This document shows, one piece after another, positions 1 through 9,426 of a stretch of 64,000 nt of DNA. The DNA comes from SAR86 cluster bacterium AG-313-D11 (GTDB lineage Bacteria; Pseudomonadota; Gammaproteobacteria; Magnimaribacterales; D2472), in contig QBVW01000004.1 in assembly GCA_003284215.1 (NCBI GenBank), positions 43,722 through 107,721 on the forward strand. Reading direction: 5' to 3'. Positions within the stretch are counted from its first letter, which is position 1. Each line of letters starts with the position of its first letter. A program made the translations under genes and the position numbers. The notes below the pieces were generated by a model. That model was given only the letters and a program-made list of their open reading frames with translations, had not been told where the DNA came from and did not search any database.

Positions 1-515
1 GCGATGTTTATCAAGGCCTGCAAGCAGATACTTTTAACAAGAAAGATATAACTTTTGCGCAAAAGCATTTAAGAATTTTATCTGGTTTGTATGGCGAGCT
101 TAGACCTCTAGATTTGATTAAGCCGTATCGATTAGAGATGGGCACAAAGTTACAAAACTCTAAGGGTAAAAATCTATATGAATTCTGGGGCAACAAAGTT
201 CAAGAAAATATTTTGAAGGAACTTAAAGTCAATAAATCAAACCTTGTAGTCAATCTTGCATCAAAAGAATATTTCACCGTTGTGGGCTCCTTGCCTAAAG
301 ACGTTGAAGTTGTTTCACCTGTTTTTAAAGATTTTAAAAATGGTGAATACAAACTCATTAGTTTTTACGCAAAAAAAGCTCGTGGCTACATGAGTCACTG
401 GATGATTAAGAACAAAGTTACTAAGTCTGAGGAATTAAGGGACTTTAATGCTGAAGGCTACAAATATTCTAAAAAGCTTTCGACTGAATCAGAGCCTGTT
501 TTCTTAAGGAACTAA
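1..515 (+). CDS. yaaA: Peroxide-stress protein YaaA (DUF328), 5'-truncated by the window edge
   Basis: Frame is open from position 3 (DVYQGL...); motifs LYGELRPLDLIKPYRLEMG, NLASKEY, ISFYAKKARG. Confidence 0.9.
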   Translation, partial: DVYQGLQADTFNKKDITFAQKHLRILSGLYGELRPLDLIKPYRLEMGTKLQNSKGKNLYEFWGNKVQENILKELKVNKSNLVVNLASKEYFTVVGSLPKDVEVVSPVFKDFKNGEYKLISFYAKKARGYMSHWMIKNKVTKSEELRDFNAEGYKYSKKLSTESEPVFLRN

Positions 516-1364
516 ACCGTCTTTTTCCCAAAATGAGTGTATTGGCTCTAAGTCATCATAATTAGCTTTTGATTTCTCCATAAAAGCTTTCATTGCAGCT
601 TCCATGTCTTGGCCGCTAATCAATGAAGAATTCCAAGCAGCATGATAATCAAGAGCTTCTTTAACACTGTGATCTCGTGCATAGTTAATTTGTTTTTTAA
701 TCACACGAGTAATGAGCGGTGACTTAGAGGCAATCTCTTTGGCCAATTCTAATGAGCCTTTTTCAAGGTCTTCTCTGCTCTCAAAGACTTTATTCATAAA
801 GCCCAATTCTAGAGCCTCAGCTGGAAGAAATTTCCTGCCAGTGTAAGAAAGCTCTCTTACCGCACCAAGCGGCATCAATGTTGGTAATCTTTGCAGGGTT
901 CCGACATCTGCTGCCAACCCAATATCTACTTCTGCAATTTTAAAAAAAGCATCGGATGAGCAATGTCTAATGTCACAGGCAGCTACCATGTCAATGCCTC
1001 CACCAACGCAAGCCCCTTGAATCGAAGCAATGGTAGGCATGCGACATTCCTCTAATGCAGAAAATGTATCTTGCAACTCAAGAACTTCATGATAAAAAGT
1101 TTCACGCATTCGAGCAGGATCTTTTTTTACACCGCCTTTATCAGCAGGAGCAAAATTTGCTAAGTCCATGCCAGCATTAAAATGCTTGCCTTCTCCTTTT
1201 AATAAAATCACTCTTGCCTCTGCACTTTTATCTAACTCTTTAACAATTTCAGGAAGTTCTTTCCAGAATAATCGTGTCATGGTGTTGAATTCATCAGGAC
1301 GATTCATGACCACATGAGCTACATGATCTTTTACGTTGACATCAAAACATGTGTACTTACTCAT
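504..1364 (-). CDS. Enoyl-CoA hydratase/isomerase (crotonase) family, dienoyl-CoA isomerase-like
   Basis: FNAGMDL, GACVGGG, ACDIR, EVDIGLAADVGTLQRLP. Confidence 0.88.
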   Translation of the reverse strand: MSKYTCFDVNVKDHVAHVVMNRPDEFNTMTRLFWKELPEIVKELDKSAEARVILLKGEGKHFNAGMDLANFAPADKGGVKKDPARMRETFYHEVLELQDTFSALEECRMPTIASIQGACVGGGIDMVAACDIRHCSSDAFFKIAEVDIGLAADVGTLQRLPTLMPLGAVRELSYTGRKFLPAEALELGFMNKVFESREDLEKGSLELAKEIASKSPLITRVIKKQINYARDHSVKEALDYHAAWNSSLISGQDMEAAMKAFMEKSKANYDDLEPIHSFWEKDGLVP

Positions 1365-1521
1365 TTAAATCTACCTCATTTTTGATGTTTTGAACTATCT
1401 CTCTTAACTCATCGACTAACTCGAATGTTTTGTGATGAGGGAGAACCACCTTTCTCTCGGTGCTAAGCTTCCTTAGTCCATTATCCAACTCATCTAATTT
1501 GGTGATTATTTCTTTGCTCAT
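1357..1521 (-). CDS. Small hypothetical protein (54 aa), not in the ORF track
   Basis: Manual translation MSKEIITKLDELDNGLRKLSTERKVVLPHHKTFELVDELREIVQNIKNEVDLNE*; fills the gap, and its stop overlaps the next start (ATGAGTAA). Confidence 0.65.
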   Translation of the reverse strand: MSKEIITKLDELDNGLRKLSTERKVVLPHHKTFELVDELREIVQNIKNEVDLNE

Positions 1522-1567
1522 GGCTACAATAGGTTAACTAAACAAAAAATTATAATAGCTTGAATCT

Positions 1568-2416
1568 ATGAAAGCACGTCTCTGGCAAACTTTATTTATT
1601 TTAAATGCTCTGATTGCATCAGAAATTATTTTAGCAAAAGGTGCAAATAAAGATGTTAGAGATCTAAAAGAACAAAATATTATGTCTGTCCTTTTTCAAC
1701 AGACTTCAGCCGAAAGACTGGCTGGGAGTCTTCAAACTTTTAGATCAGCCAAGCAAGCGCTAGATAATGCTTTAGCAGATTCATCCTGGAGCGCATTGCC
1801 AGGGCAAACTGTTCATGGCAAAAAACCAGCCATCATAGTCGACGTGGATGAGACGGTTTTAGACAATACTGCATATGAAGCTCGTATGATTCTGGATGGC
1901 ACTAAGTATCCAGAAGGGTGGGTAAGTTGGGGCAAAGAAGCGGCTGCAACTGAGGTTCCTGGCGCAAAAGATTTTTTGAATTATGCAGCTTCAAAAGACG
2001 TAACAATTTTTTATGTCACCAATCGAGTAGTGGAGCTAAAAGAAGCAACCAAAAAAAATTTAACCAAGCTTGGTATCCCCTGGGATAAAACTAAAAATAC
2101 CGTTTTAATGCGTGGAGAAAATAACTGGGACTCTGATAAGGGCCCAAGAAGGGCGTTGGTGGGTAATGAATATAGAGTTCTTTTAATGATCGGAGATAAC
2201 TTGGGAGATTTTGTAGATGCCAAGGATAATGCTTTAAACCCTAGCAATCGAAAGAACATTGTAAGCAATTATGCTGACTACTGGGGGGTGCAATGGTTCA
2301 TGCTTCAAAATATTGCTTACGGAGATTGGGAGGGAGCGCTATATGATTTTGACTATTCTCTATCTCCCGATGAAGTCTATAACTCGCGTCTAGAGTTCTT
2401 AGATCCTGGCAGGTAA
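1568..2416 (+). CDS. Class C acid phosphatase / 5'-nucleotidase, e(P4) family, secreted
   Basis: Signal-like N-terminus; DVDETVLDN, FYVTNR, GDNLGDF, YGDWE. Confidence 0.88.
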   Translation: MKARLWQTLFILNALIASEIILAKGANKDVRDLKEQNIMSVLFQQTSAERLAGSLQTFRSAKQALDNALADSSWSALPGQTVHGKKPAIIVDVDETVLDNTAYEARMILDGTKYPEGWVSWGKEAAATEVPGAKDFLNYAASKDVTIFYVTNRVVELKEATKKNLTKLGIPWDKTKNTVLMRGENNWDSDKGPRRALVGNEYRVLLMIGDNLGDFVDAKDNALNPSNRKNIVSNYADYWGVQWFMLQNIAYGDWEGALYDFDYSLSPDEVYNSRLEFLDPGR

Positions 2417-2473
2417 TCTTGCAAAAAAATCTTTGATCATATTTTGCAGGCTTACGATTATGAAAGCCTAGAT

Positions 2474-3124
2474 TCAAGTAATTGTGCTCACTAGATCAGC
2501 AAGGCTCGCAAATGTCTCAACCCTATTTTGCAAAATTCTATTTTTACCTTGAGTGATCCAAGCCACCTGTTTGATTCCAGCCTTTGCAGCGGCTGTGACA
2601 ACCTTTAAATCATCATCAATAAATATTGCATCTTCGAACTCTAGATTTAAATTATGCCTTGCTAAAGCCCAGAATTCTTTTGATTCCTTGGGATAACCTA
2701 CATGCATGCTATAAAAAATTGAATCAAAAAACTCTAGGAAATTTTGAGTCTCGGCTTTGTATTCCTGGATCCTTGGATCTCCATTGGTAAGAATGTACTT
2801 GGGATTTTTTAAAGTTGATAGTCTTTGTAAAGCATCATATGAGCCTGCTAAGTAAGAGCATCTCTCTTCTTTCTCTTGAAAGATTTGCATGCAGTCAACA
2901 TTGAGTAGATTGTCCCAATAATTTAAGTCATAAAAATTTAGAGTCCCTCTTTGGATATCAATTTCTGTCATTATCTCTGCTTTTGCTTCTTCTATGCTTT
3001 TATTTGTTTGCCTGCTCACTTGCTCGGGTAGCCATAATTCCCAAAACTTTTTATCGTATGCAAGATCTAGGATAACTCCATCAAGATCTGAGAGAATTGC
3101 AGTGGTAGAATTAAGCTTTACCAT
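2474..3124 (-). CDS. yrfG: HAD hydrolase, GMP/IMP nucleotidase YrfG-like
   Basis: DLDGVILDLAYD..FW, GTLNFY, GYPKE..FW, FIDDD. Confidence 0.75.
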   Translation of the reverse strand: MVKLNSTTAILSDLDGVILDLAYDKKFWELWLPEQVSRQTNKSIEEAKAEIMTEIDIQRGTLNFYDLNYWDNLLNVDCMQIFQEKEERCSYLAGSYDALQRLSTLKNPKYILTNGDPRIQEYKAETQNFLEFFDSIFYSMHVGYPKESKEFWALARHNLNLEFEDAIFIDDDLKVVTAAAKAGIKQVAWITQGKNRILQNRVETFASLADLVSTIT

Positions 3125-3131
3125 TAATGAA

Positions 3132-3947
3132 ATGTTATCTAAAAATTTAGAACCTATTATCCCTCAATTAGAGGAATTAACGCGTAGTTTATTTCCGGAG
3201 ATTCTTAAAATTTATAGGAATCCAAGGTCTAGTGCACAACAGAAAAAGGATGGTTCTCCTGTGACTGCCGCAGATATGTATGCCCATAAAGTTATAGTAA
3301 AATTTCTGAGAAAGCACTTTGCAGATATCCCGGTCGTTTCTGAAGAGAGTTTTAAACAAAAAAATTATAAGCCTGCAAAAGAGTTTTGGATAATAGACCC
3401 CATTGATGGAACTAAAGAGTTTGTGAATAAATCTGATGAGTTCACAACCAACATAGCTCTTATTCAAAATGGCAAGCCGATACTTGGAGTAGTGGGCGCA
3501 CCTGCTTTTGATCAAGTTTGGTCTGGAATAGCAAACCACTCAGTTAATAAAAAAAAGGCTGAAAATAAAAAACGCTCAATTCTAAGAATAGTCACCAGCA
3601 AAAGTCACAGAACAGTCATAGATACAGCTTTTTTAAATTTTTTAGATAAAAATGGAAAAAGATTAAAAATTATATCTAAGGGCAGTTCTCTTAAAATTTG
3701 TGCTTTGGCAGATAAAAAAGCTGACATTTATCCACGATTTGGCCCAACTTCTGAGTGGGACATAGCAGCTGCTGATGCTGTGCTTCGATCAAGGGGAGGA
3801 GGAATTTTTCAAATAGACAGCCATAAACTCCTTGAATATGGCAAAAAAGACAGCATATTAAATCCTATGTTCATTGCAATAAGTGATTTGAACGAAAAAA
3901 GGACAATTTTGTCTCTAATAGGTGGTTTTAGTAAAAATTTGCTATAA
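3132..3947 (+). CDS. cysQ: 3'(2'),5'-bisphosphate nucleotidase CysQ
   Basis: SPVTAAD, VSEE, DPIDGTKEF, GSSLK, EWDIAA; start moved to ATG 3132 to avoid overlap with yrfG. Confidence 0.88.
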   Translation: MLSKNLEPIIPQLEELTRSLFPEILKIYRNPRSSAQQKKDGSPVTAADMYAHKVIVKFLRKHFADIPVVSEESFKQKNYKPAKEFWIIDPIDGTKEFVNKSDEFTTNIALIQNGKPILGVVGAPAFDQVWSGIANHSVNKKKAENKKRSILRIVTSKSHRTVIDTAFLNFLDKNGKRLKIISKGSSLKICALADKKADIYPRFGPTSEWDIAAADAVLRSRGGGIFQIDSHKLLEYGKKDSILNPMFIAISDLNEKRTILSLIGGFSKNLL

Positions 3948-3948
3948 T
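3940..3948 (+). promoter_or_regulatory. Extended -10 promoter element upstream of rpoH
   Basis: TGCTATAAT matches TGnTATAAT, 52 bp before the ATG. Confidence 0.4.
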
Positions 3949-4000
3949 TATCAGTTCCCAATAACTATGGGTTATAATTAGTTATTAGAAAAACATATAA

Positions 4001-4861
4001 ATGAGTACAGATTTACAAACAATTACGCTTTCAACTCCAGGCAAGGATATAGAATCCTACTTGTCATGCGTGCATGCTATTCCCATATTGACAGCTGAAC
4101 AAGAGCAGGAATTAGCGCAAAAGCTTTATGAGAACAATGATCTTGAAGCTGCCCGTCAACTTGTCCTTTCACACTTACGATTTGTGGTTCATATTGCAAG
4201 ATCATATCAAGGTTATGGTTTGCCTTTGGCTGATATTATTCAGGAAGGCAATGTCGGTCTCATGAAAGCTGTTGATCGGTTTGATCCAAATAGAGGAGTG
4301 AAAGTTGTTTCCTTTGCCGTTCATTGGATTAAGGCTGAAATACATGAGTACATTCTAAAAAATTGGAGAATGGTAAAAATTGCAACAACAAAGGCTCAAA
4401 GAAAACTCTTCTTTAATCTCAGAAGTAAGAAAAAAACTCTAGATTGGTTAACACAAGAAGAGGCCGAAAAGATTGCAGAAGATTTAAATGTAGAAGTAAA
4501 AGATGTCTTGCACATGGAAAATCGACTGACCTCGCATGACTCGGCGTTTGATGCGCCAGTTGGCAGCGATGATGAAGGCGATATTCTCTCTCCCTCTCAA
4601 TACCTAGAAGACAGATCATTCAGCCCTGAAATTCTTGTTGAAGCCCAAGAAGTCTCTGATCATAATGCTCAAGAGCTATCCATGGCCTTGTCTAGCCTAG
4701 ATGATCGCAGCAAAGACATTATTGCAAGAAGATACCTTGCCGATGAAAAAGAAACTCTTCATGACTTAGCTGATGAGTACAACGTTTCAGCAGAAAGAAT
4801 TAGACAAATTGAAAATGGAGCATTGAAAAAACTCAAAGCAGCCATGTCTAATGCAGCCTAA
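4001..4861 (+). CDS. rpoH: RNA polymerase sigma-32 factor
   Basis: RpoH box QRKLFFNLR; DIIQEGNVGLMKAV; VSAERIRQIE. Confidence 0.96.
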   Translation: MSTDLQTITLSTPGKDIESYLSCVHAIPILTAEQEQELAQKLYENNDLEAARQLVLSHLRFVVHIARSYQGYGLPLADIIQEGNVGLMKAVDRFDPNRGVKVVSFAVHWIKAEIHEYILKNWRMVKIATTKAQRKLFFNLRSKKKTLDWLTQEEAEKIAEDLNVEVKDVLHMENRLTSHDSAFDAPVGSDDEGDILSPSQYLEDRSFSPEILVEAQEVSDHNAQELSMALSSLDDRSKDIIARRYLADEKETLHDLADEYNVSAERIRQIENGALKKLKAAMSNAA

Positions 4862-4880
4862 TTAATTAAGGCGCTCTCCT

Positions 4881-5537
4881 ATTAACCAAGATAAACCCTA
4901 TCTAACGAGTTTTGTAAAAAGGCTTGGACGCATCACAGCATCTCAAAAAAGCGCATTAGATTCACTGGAACATCATCATCTCTCAGGTTCCAAGCGGCTT
5001 TCAGAATTAGCCAAGAACTACGAAAAAATTATTTTAGAAATAGGTTTTGGAAATGGAGAAAACACATCTTTCTTAGCAACCGAAAATCCAAATGCATTAA
5101 TTGTTGCCTCAGAGGTATATCTCTCAGGTATAGGCAGTCTCTTAAATAGCATTGCTCAGAACTCTCTGAACAATATAAAAATATATGATGACGATGTGCG
5201 TGAGCTCATTTTAAAACTGCCAAAAGACATGTTTGATGAGGTCTATATTATTTGCCCTGACCCATGGCCTAAAGCTAGGCATCATAAACGAAGACTAATT
5301 AAAAATAATTTCTTAAAAGTTTTAGCCAAAGTGCTAAAAAAAAATGGGACAGTATATATCTCAACGGATTGGGAAAATTATGCTGAATCTATTCAGGAGG
5401 AGTTAGACAAAACAAAAAAATATTTTTCCTTCAAACAAATTTCTAATGAAGGCATGCCCATTACTCGCTTTCAACAGCGAGCAATCAATGAGAACAGATC
5501 AATACATACTTTTTTATTAACAGTTCTAAAAAAATAA
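4881..5537 (+). CDS. trmB: tRNA (guanine-N7)-methyltransferase TrmB, probable non-canonical ATT start
   Basis: Frame is open from 4866 and encodes SFVKRLGR, LEIGFGNG, CPDPWPKARHHKRR, STDWENY; first ATG/GTG/TTG is at 5196. Confidence 0.85.
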   Translation: MNQDKPYLTSFVKRLGRITASQKSALDSLEHHHLSGSKRLSELAKNYEKIILEIGFGNGENTSFLATENPNALIVASEVYLSGIGSLLNSIAQNSLNNIKIYDDDVRELILKLPKDMFDEVYIICPDPWPKARHHKRRLIKNNFLKVLAKVLKKNGTVYISTDWENYAESIQEELDKTKKYFSFKQISNEGMPITRFQQRAINENRSIHTFLLTVLKK

Positions 5538-6638
5538 CTGAATGGTTTCATTGAGGAATCGATACCCTTTTTGAGTTGTTCCAATTCTATCCTCTAATAG
5601 CAAGCCCTCATCAATGCCTTTTTGATATTTCTTCAAGAAACTTGCAGGCAATTTAATTGTTATATCCTGTGGTTGAAGACCATTTTTAATTCTTAGTAAA
5701 TTCATTGCAAGATCCATATCAAGATCATTATCTGAAATTTTTTTTAAGTCAGTTGACCTTTGGTTTTGTATGTATCCTTCTAGGGGTTTAATTTTTCTGA
5801 ATCTAATAATTTCTTCCTCATTTGATATTTTGCTATGTGAGCCAGGACCAACTCCTAAAAAATCACCAAATTGCCAATAATTCATATTGTGTTGACTTTC
5901 ATACCCCGGCTTTGACCAAGAAGAGACCTCATATTGCTTATAGCCATTTTTTTCTAGTAGGTCTTCCGCAATAAGTTCAATTTTTTCAATTTCTTCTTCA
6001 TTGGGGAGTTCCAGCTCTTTTTTATAATAAATAGTATTTGGTTCGATGGTTAATTGATACAAAGATAAATGATTGATATTTGATTGAATAACTCTGTCTA
6101 AGTTTGCAGTAAACGATTTGGGTGTTTGCTTTTCAATTCCATAGATTAAATCAATTGTTGAATTAATTCCCTGCAGCGCTTGAGTGGCCTGAATTGCAGA
6201 TTCCTTATCATGATTGCGCCCCAATGCTTGCAATTCTTGGTTGTTATAACTTTGGATGCCTAAAGATATTCGATTGATGCCTGCGATTAATAATTCGTCA
6301 ATTCTGCCTTCTGATACATTGCTAGGGTTCATCTCTAAAGTTATTTCAGTCTCTTTAGATAAAAATCTATTTTTAATAGAATCCAGTATATGCTTGATCG
6401 ATTCAGTGGAGGCAAGAGATGGTGTGCCTCCGCCAAAATAAACGGTTTTAAATTTTCTGCCAGCTATTAGATCTTTGGATTGGCTGATGTCTTTGATGAT
6501 TGCTTCCGCCAATTTTGCATCATTGCCATTTACTGGATCGGTTGTAATAGAAAAATCACAGTAGGGACACTGTATTTCACACCAGGGCAAATGAACATAA
6601 AGACTAAGAGGTATTTTATTCAGCGACAAAATTTTCAA
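5526..6638 (-). CDS. hemW: Radical SAM heme chaperone HemW
   Basis: LYVHLPWCEIQCPYCDF, FGGGTPS, HNMNYW; next to rdgB. Confidence 0.9.
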   Translation of the reverse strand: MKILSLNKIPLSLYVHLPWCEIQCPYCDFSITTDPVNGNDAKLAEAIIKDISQSKDLIAGRKFKTVYFGGGTPSLASTESIKHILDSIKNRFLSKETEITLEMNPSNVSEGRIDELLIAGINRISLGIQSYNNQELQALGRNHDKESAIQATQALQGINSTIDLIYGIEKQTPKSFTANLDRVIQSNINHLSLYQLTIEPNTIYYKKELELPNEEEIEKIELIAEDLLEKNGYKQYEVSSWSKPGYESQHNMNYWQFGDFLGVGPGSHSKISNEEEIIRFRKIKPLEGYIQNQRSTDLKKISDNDLDMDLAMNLLRIKNGLQPQDITIKLPASFLKKYQKGIDEGLLLEDRIGTTQKGYRFLNETIQLFF

Positions 6639-7221
6639 TCTTTCTTTTTAAAATTTGAATGGCTTTCCCTCTATGGCTCATCAAAGCTTTATCATCTTCA
6701 TCCATTTCTCCTAAGGACAGATTACTGTCTTTTGGATAGAACATAGGATCGTATCCAAATCCATTGGTTCCTTGCATTGTTGTTGTTACTGAGCCTTCTA
6801 AAAGTCCGGTTGCAATCAGAGGAAATGGATCTTCAGCAACTTGAACTAGTGCAAGCACGCATACAAAGTATGCCTTCGTTTGATTTAACTCCAGCTTTTC
6901 AAGTTCTTTCTTTAGATGCTGTCTATTTTCTTCATCCGTTGCGCTTGCATGCGCATACCGAGCAGATCGCAATCCTGGCAAATTATTTAAGGCAGGTACA
7001 ATCAAGCCTGAATCATCTCCCAGCGAGGCCATGCCAGACACTTTATTTGCTACTCGAGCTTTTTGTAGACTATTTTCTATAAATGTCTTGCCCAATTCTT
7101 CTTCAGGCGTTATGCCCAAAGAGCTTTGTGAGACCATCTTAAAGTTAGGTAATAGTAGGGCAAATTCTTTTAATTTACCCAGATTGTTAGTAGCAACAAC
7201 AATGGTAGTCTGATTAGCCAA
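6616..7221 (-). CDS. rdgB: Non-canonical purine NTP pyrophosphatase RdgB
   Basis: ATNNLGKLKE, DDSGL, GFGYDP, SHRG; TTG start 7221 overlaps the metW stop. Confidence 0.92.
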   Translation of the reverse strand: MANQTTIVVATNNLGKLKEFALLLPNFKMVSQSSLGITPEEELGKTFIENSLQKARVANKVSGMASLGDDSGLIVPALNNLPGLRSARYAHASATDEENRQHLKKELEKLELNQTKAYFVCVLALVQVAEDPFPLIATGLLEGSVTTTMQGTNGFGYDPMFYPKDSNLSLGEMDEDDKALMSHRGKAIQILKRKIENFVAE

Positions 7222-7801
7222 TGAGATAGACTGCTTGAGCAGCAAATAAGTTAGGGAAAGTATTAGCCAGCCAGGAAGAGCCACCTCGACGATTTAAATA
7301 GATCTTCTTTTTAATGGCAAAAGATTCTTCATGACATAACTCTTCAAAATCTGTAATTGTACAAAGATGAAGATTCTTTGTTTCATACCATTTAGCTGGG
7401 AGTTGAGAAGAGGAAGGCATTTTGCCATTTAATATTCCCAACCTGAGTTCCCAGTTTCCAAAGTTAGGCAAAGTAATCACACACTCATTTGCAACCTTTA
7501 AAATATTTTTCATCGCATCTCGTGGCTTTCTTAAGCACTGAATGGAGCTAGCCATAACGGCAACATCGAAATCCATACCTTTATAGTGTTGGATGCCAGC
7601 ATCAATATCTTGTTGAATTACTGATACGCCATTAATAATGCAAGCATTAATTTTTTCTGGATCATTTTCCACTCCATAACCCGTAGCAGATTTCTGCTCG
7701 GTTAGTATTTTAAGAAGAGCACCATCTCCACAACCAAAATCAATGACCTTGGAGTTACTAGGTATCCAATCTAGAACAATTGATTGAAGTTTATTATCCA
7801 T
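7214..7801 (-). CDS. metW: Methionine biosynthesis protein MetW
   Basis: DFGCGDG, PNFGNW, NLHLCTI; follows metX. Confidence 0.9.
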   Translation of the reverse strand: MDNKLQSIVLDWIPSNSKVIDFGCGDGALLKILTEQKSATGYGVENDPEKINACIINGVSVIQQDIDAGIQHYKGMDFDVAVMASSIQCLRKPRDAMKNILKVANECVITLPNFGNWELRLGILNGKMPSSSQLPAKWYETKNLHLCTITDFEELCHEESFAIKKKIYLNRRGGSSWLANTFPNLFAAQAVYLIG

Positions 7802-8894
7802 TAGAGTTTAAAAAGTTTTTAAGTACGGCAGCATATTGATCAGAGTAAAAGAGAAAACTGTCATGACCATAAGCACCTTCAAGCTCCAGGTAAGTGCTAT
7901 CAATGCCTGCCTTTATTGCAGACATTTGGATATCTAATCCGTACTCTTTTGGAAACAGCCAATCTGAATCAAATGATGCAATAAGCAATTTGGCTTGAAT
8001 GCTTTGAAGGCACTTCACCAAATTATTATCAAAATCTTTTGCTGGATCAAAACTATCCATAGCTTTGGTCATAAGGATATAGCTGTTCGCATCGAAGGTT
8101 TTAGAAAATTGCTCACCTTTATACTGAAGATAATTTTCTACTTCATAGTTTACGTCTGCATCCATTTTATTGTCTGGATCTTGCAGTTTTCTTCCAAACC
8201 TTTTACTCATATTAGATTCAGATAAATAAGTTATATGACCAAGCATTCTCGCAGCTTTCAACCCATTTTTAGGCGATGCACCTTTGACCAAATAATCACC
8301 ATTATGGAAATTTTCGTCCTTTTTGATTATTTCTCTGGCCACCTCATTTAATGCAATATTTTGCGTGCTAATTTTTGATGAGGCAGCAATTATTGCGGCT
8401 TTTTTAATTCTCTTAGGATATGAAATTGCCCATTGCAGTGCTTGCATTCCTCCTAAACTTCCACCAGCTACCATTTCCCAGCAAGAAATTCCAAGATAAT
8501 CAGCCAGCAATTTTTGAGTTTCAACCCAATCACTGACAGAGACTTCAGGAAAATTTGCACCATAAGGTTGATCTGTTTCAGCTGCAATAGTAGTCGGTCC
8601 AGAAGATCCGTGACAGCCTCCGATGTTATTAAGGGATACAACAAAAAATTTTGTTGTATCAATTGTTTTACCATCTCCAATCATTTCATCCCACCAACCA
8701 GGTTTTTCTTCTCCTTCTTGAGTACCCGCTGCGTGGTGATTGCCTGAAAATGCGTGGCACACCAAGACAGCATTGGTTTTATCTGAGTTGAGCTCTCCAT
8801 AAGTTTCAGTCATTAACTCAAAACCAGAAAGGGTCTGTCCAGACTCCAAGGCTAAAGAGTCTCCAAAAGATATTTTTTTACATACTGTTTTCAT
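7794..8894 (-). CDS. metX: Homoserine O-acyltransferase MetX
   Basis: LVCHAFSG, GGSLGGMQ, DSDWLFP, GHDSFL. Confidence 0.93.
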   Translation of the reverse strand: MKTVCKKISFGDSLALESGQTLSGFELMTETYGELNSDKTNAVLVCHAFSGNHHAAGTQEGEEKPGWWDEMIGDGKTIDTTKFFVVSLNNIGGCHGSSGPTTIAAETDQPYGANFPEVSVSDWVETQKLLADYLGISCWEMVAGGSLGGMQALQWAISYPKRIKKAAIIAASSKISTQNIALNEVAREIIKKDENFHNGDYLVKGASPKNGLKAARMLGHITYLSESNMSKRFGRKLQDPDNKMDADVNYEVENYLQYKGEQFSKTFDANSYILMTKAMDSFDPAKDFDNNLVKCLQSIQAKLLIASFDSDWLFPKEYGLDIQMSAIKAGIDSTYLELEGAYGHDSFLFYSDQYAAVLKNFLNSNG

Positions 8895-9406
8895 ACCATG
8901 GAGCTAATTATTTTTACCAAGGAGGAATTGATAAGATTTAGAACAAGCAAACCAATGATGGGCGTAAAATCTAAGCCACCCATGGGCGGTAGAAATTTTC
9001 TAACAGGACTCAAAATACCTGCAGAAATTTCTTCAATAATTTGTAATAAGGGGTGGTTATTTCCAGGAGCTACCCAACTTAAAACCACTGAACCAATAAC
9101 ACAATAAAATAATATTCTAAACCCAGAATTCACGACATCTATCACGGAGATATAAAATAGGGTTAAGGTTTCATAGCCAGAGGAATAGGCAAGATAAAAA
9201 GAAGCAAACTTCAGCATCAGAGCAACAGCAATTGCAGCAAATAGAGCAGGCAAGAAGAAGAATAGGCTTTTTGAAATTGGTTCTAAATAGGTCGCAAATA
9301 TTTTAACTATTGGATTGAAATAGTTAACTCTAAAAAGTCGAAACAAGGAAAGGATCACAAATGCATAGCTTGCAAAACCTAAAATTACTGCTATTACGCT
9401 AATCAT
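8891..9406 (-). CDS. yggT: YggT family membrane protein
   Basis: PVRKFLPPMGGLDFTP; synteny with proC. Confidence 0.85.
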   Translation of the reverse strand: MISVIAVILGFASYAFVILSLFRLFRVNYFNPIVKIFATYLEPISKSLFFFLPALFAAIAVALMLKFASFYLAYSSGYETLTLFYISVIDVVNSGFRILFYCVIGSVVLSWVAPGNNHPLLQIIEEISAGILSPVRKFLPPMGGLDFTPIIGLLVLNLINSSLVKIISSMV

Positions 9407-9426
9407 ATTACCTATAGTATTTTTTG

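Noticed and set aside
2994-3131. Long N-terminal extension of CysQ
   Set aside because: It overlaps the conserved 5' end of yrfG on the other strand and does not resemble CysQ.
5196-5537. trmB as a truncated 113-aa pseudogene
   Set aside because: The upstream frame is open and keeps the conserved motifs; only the start codon is atypical.
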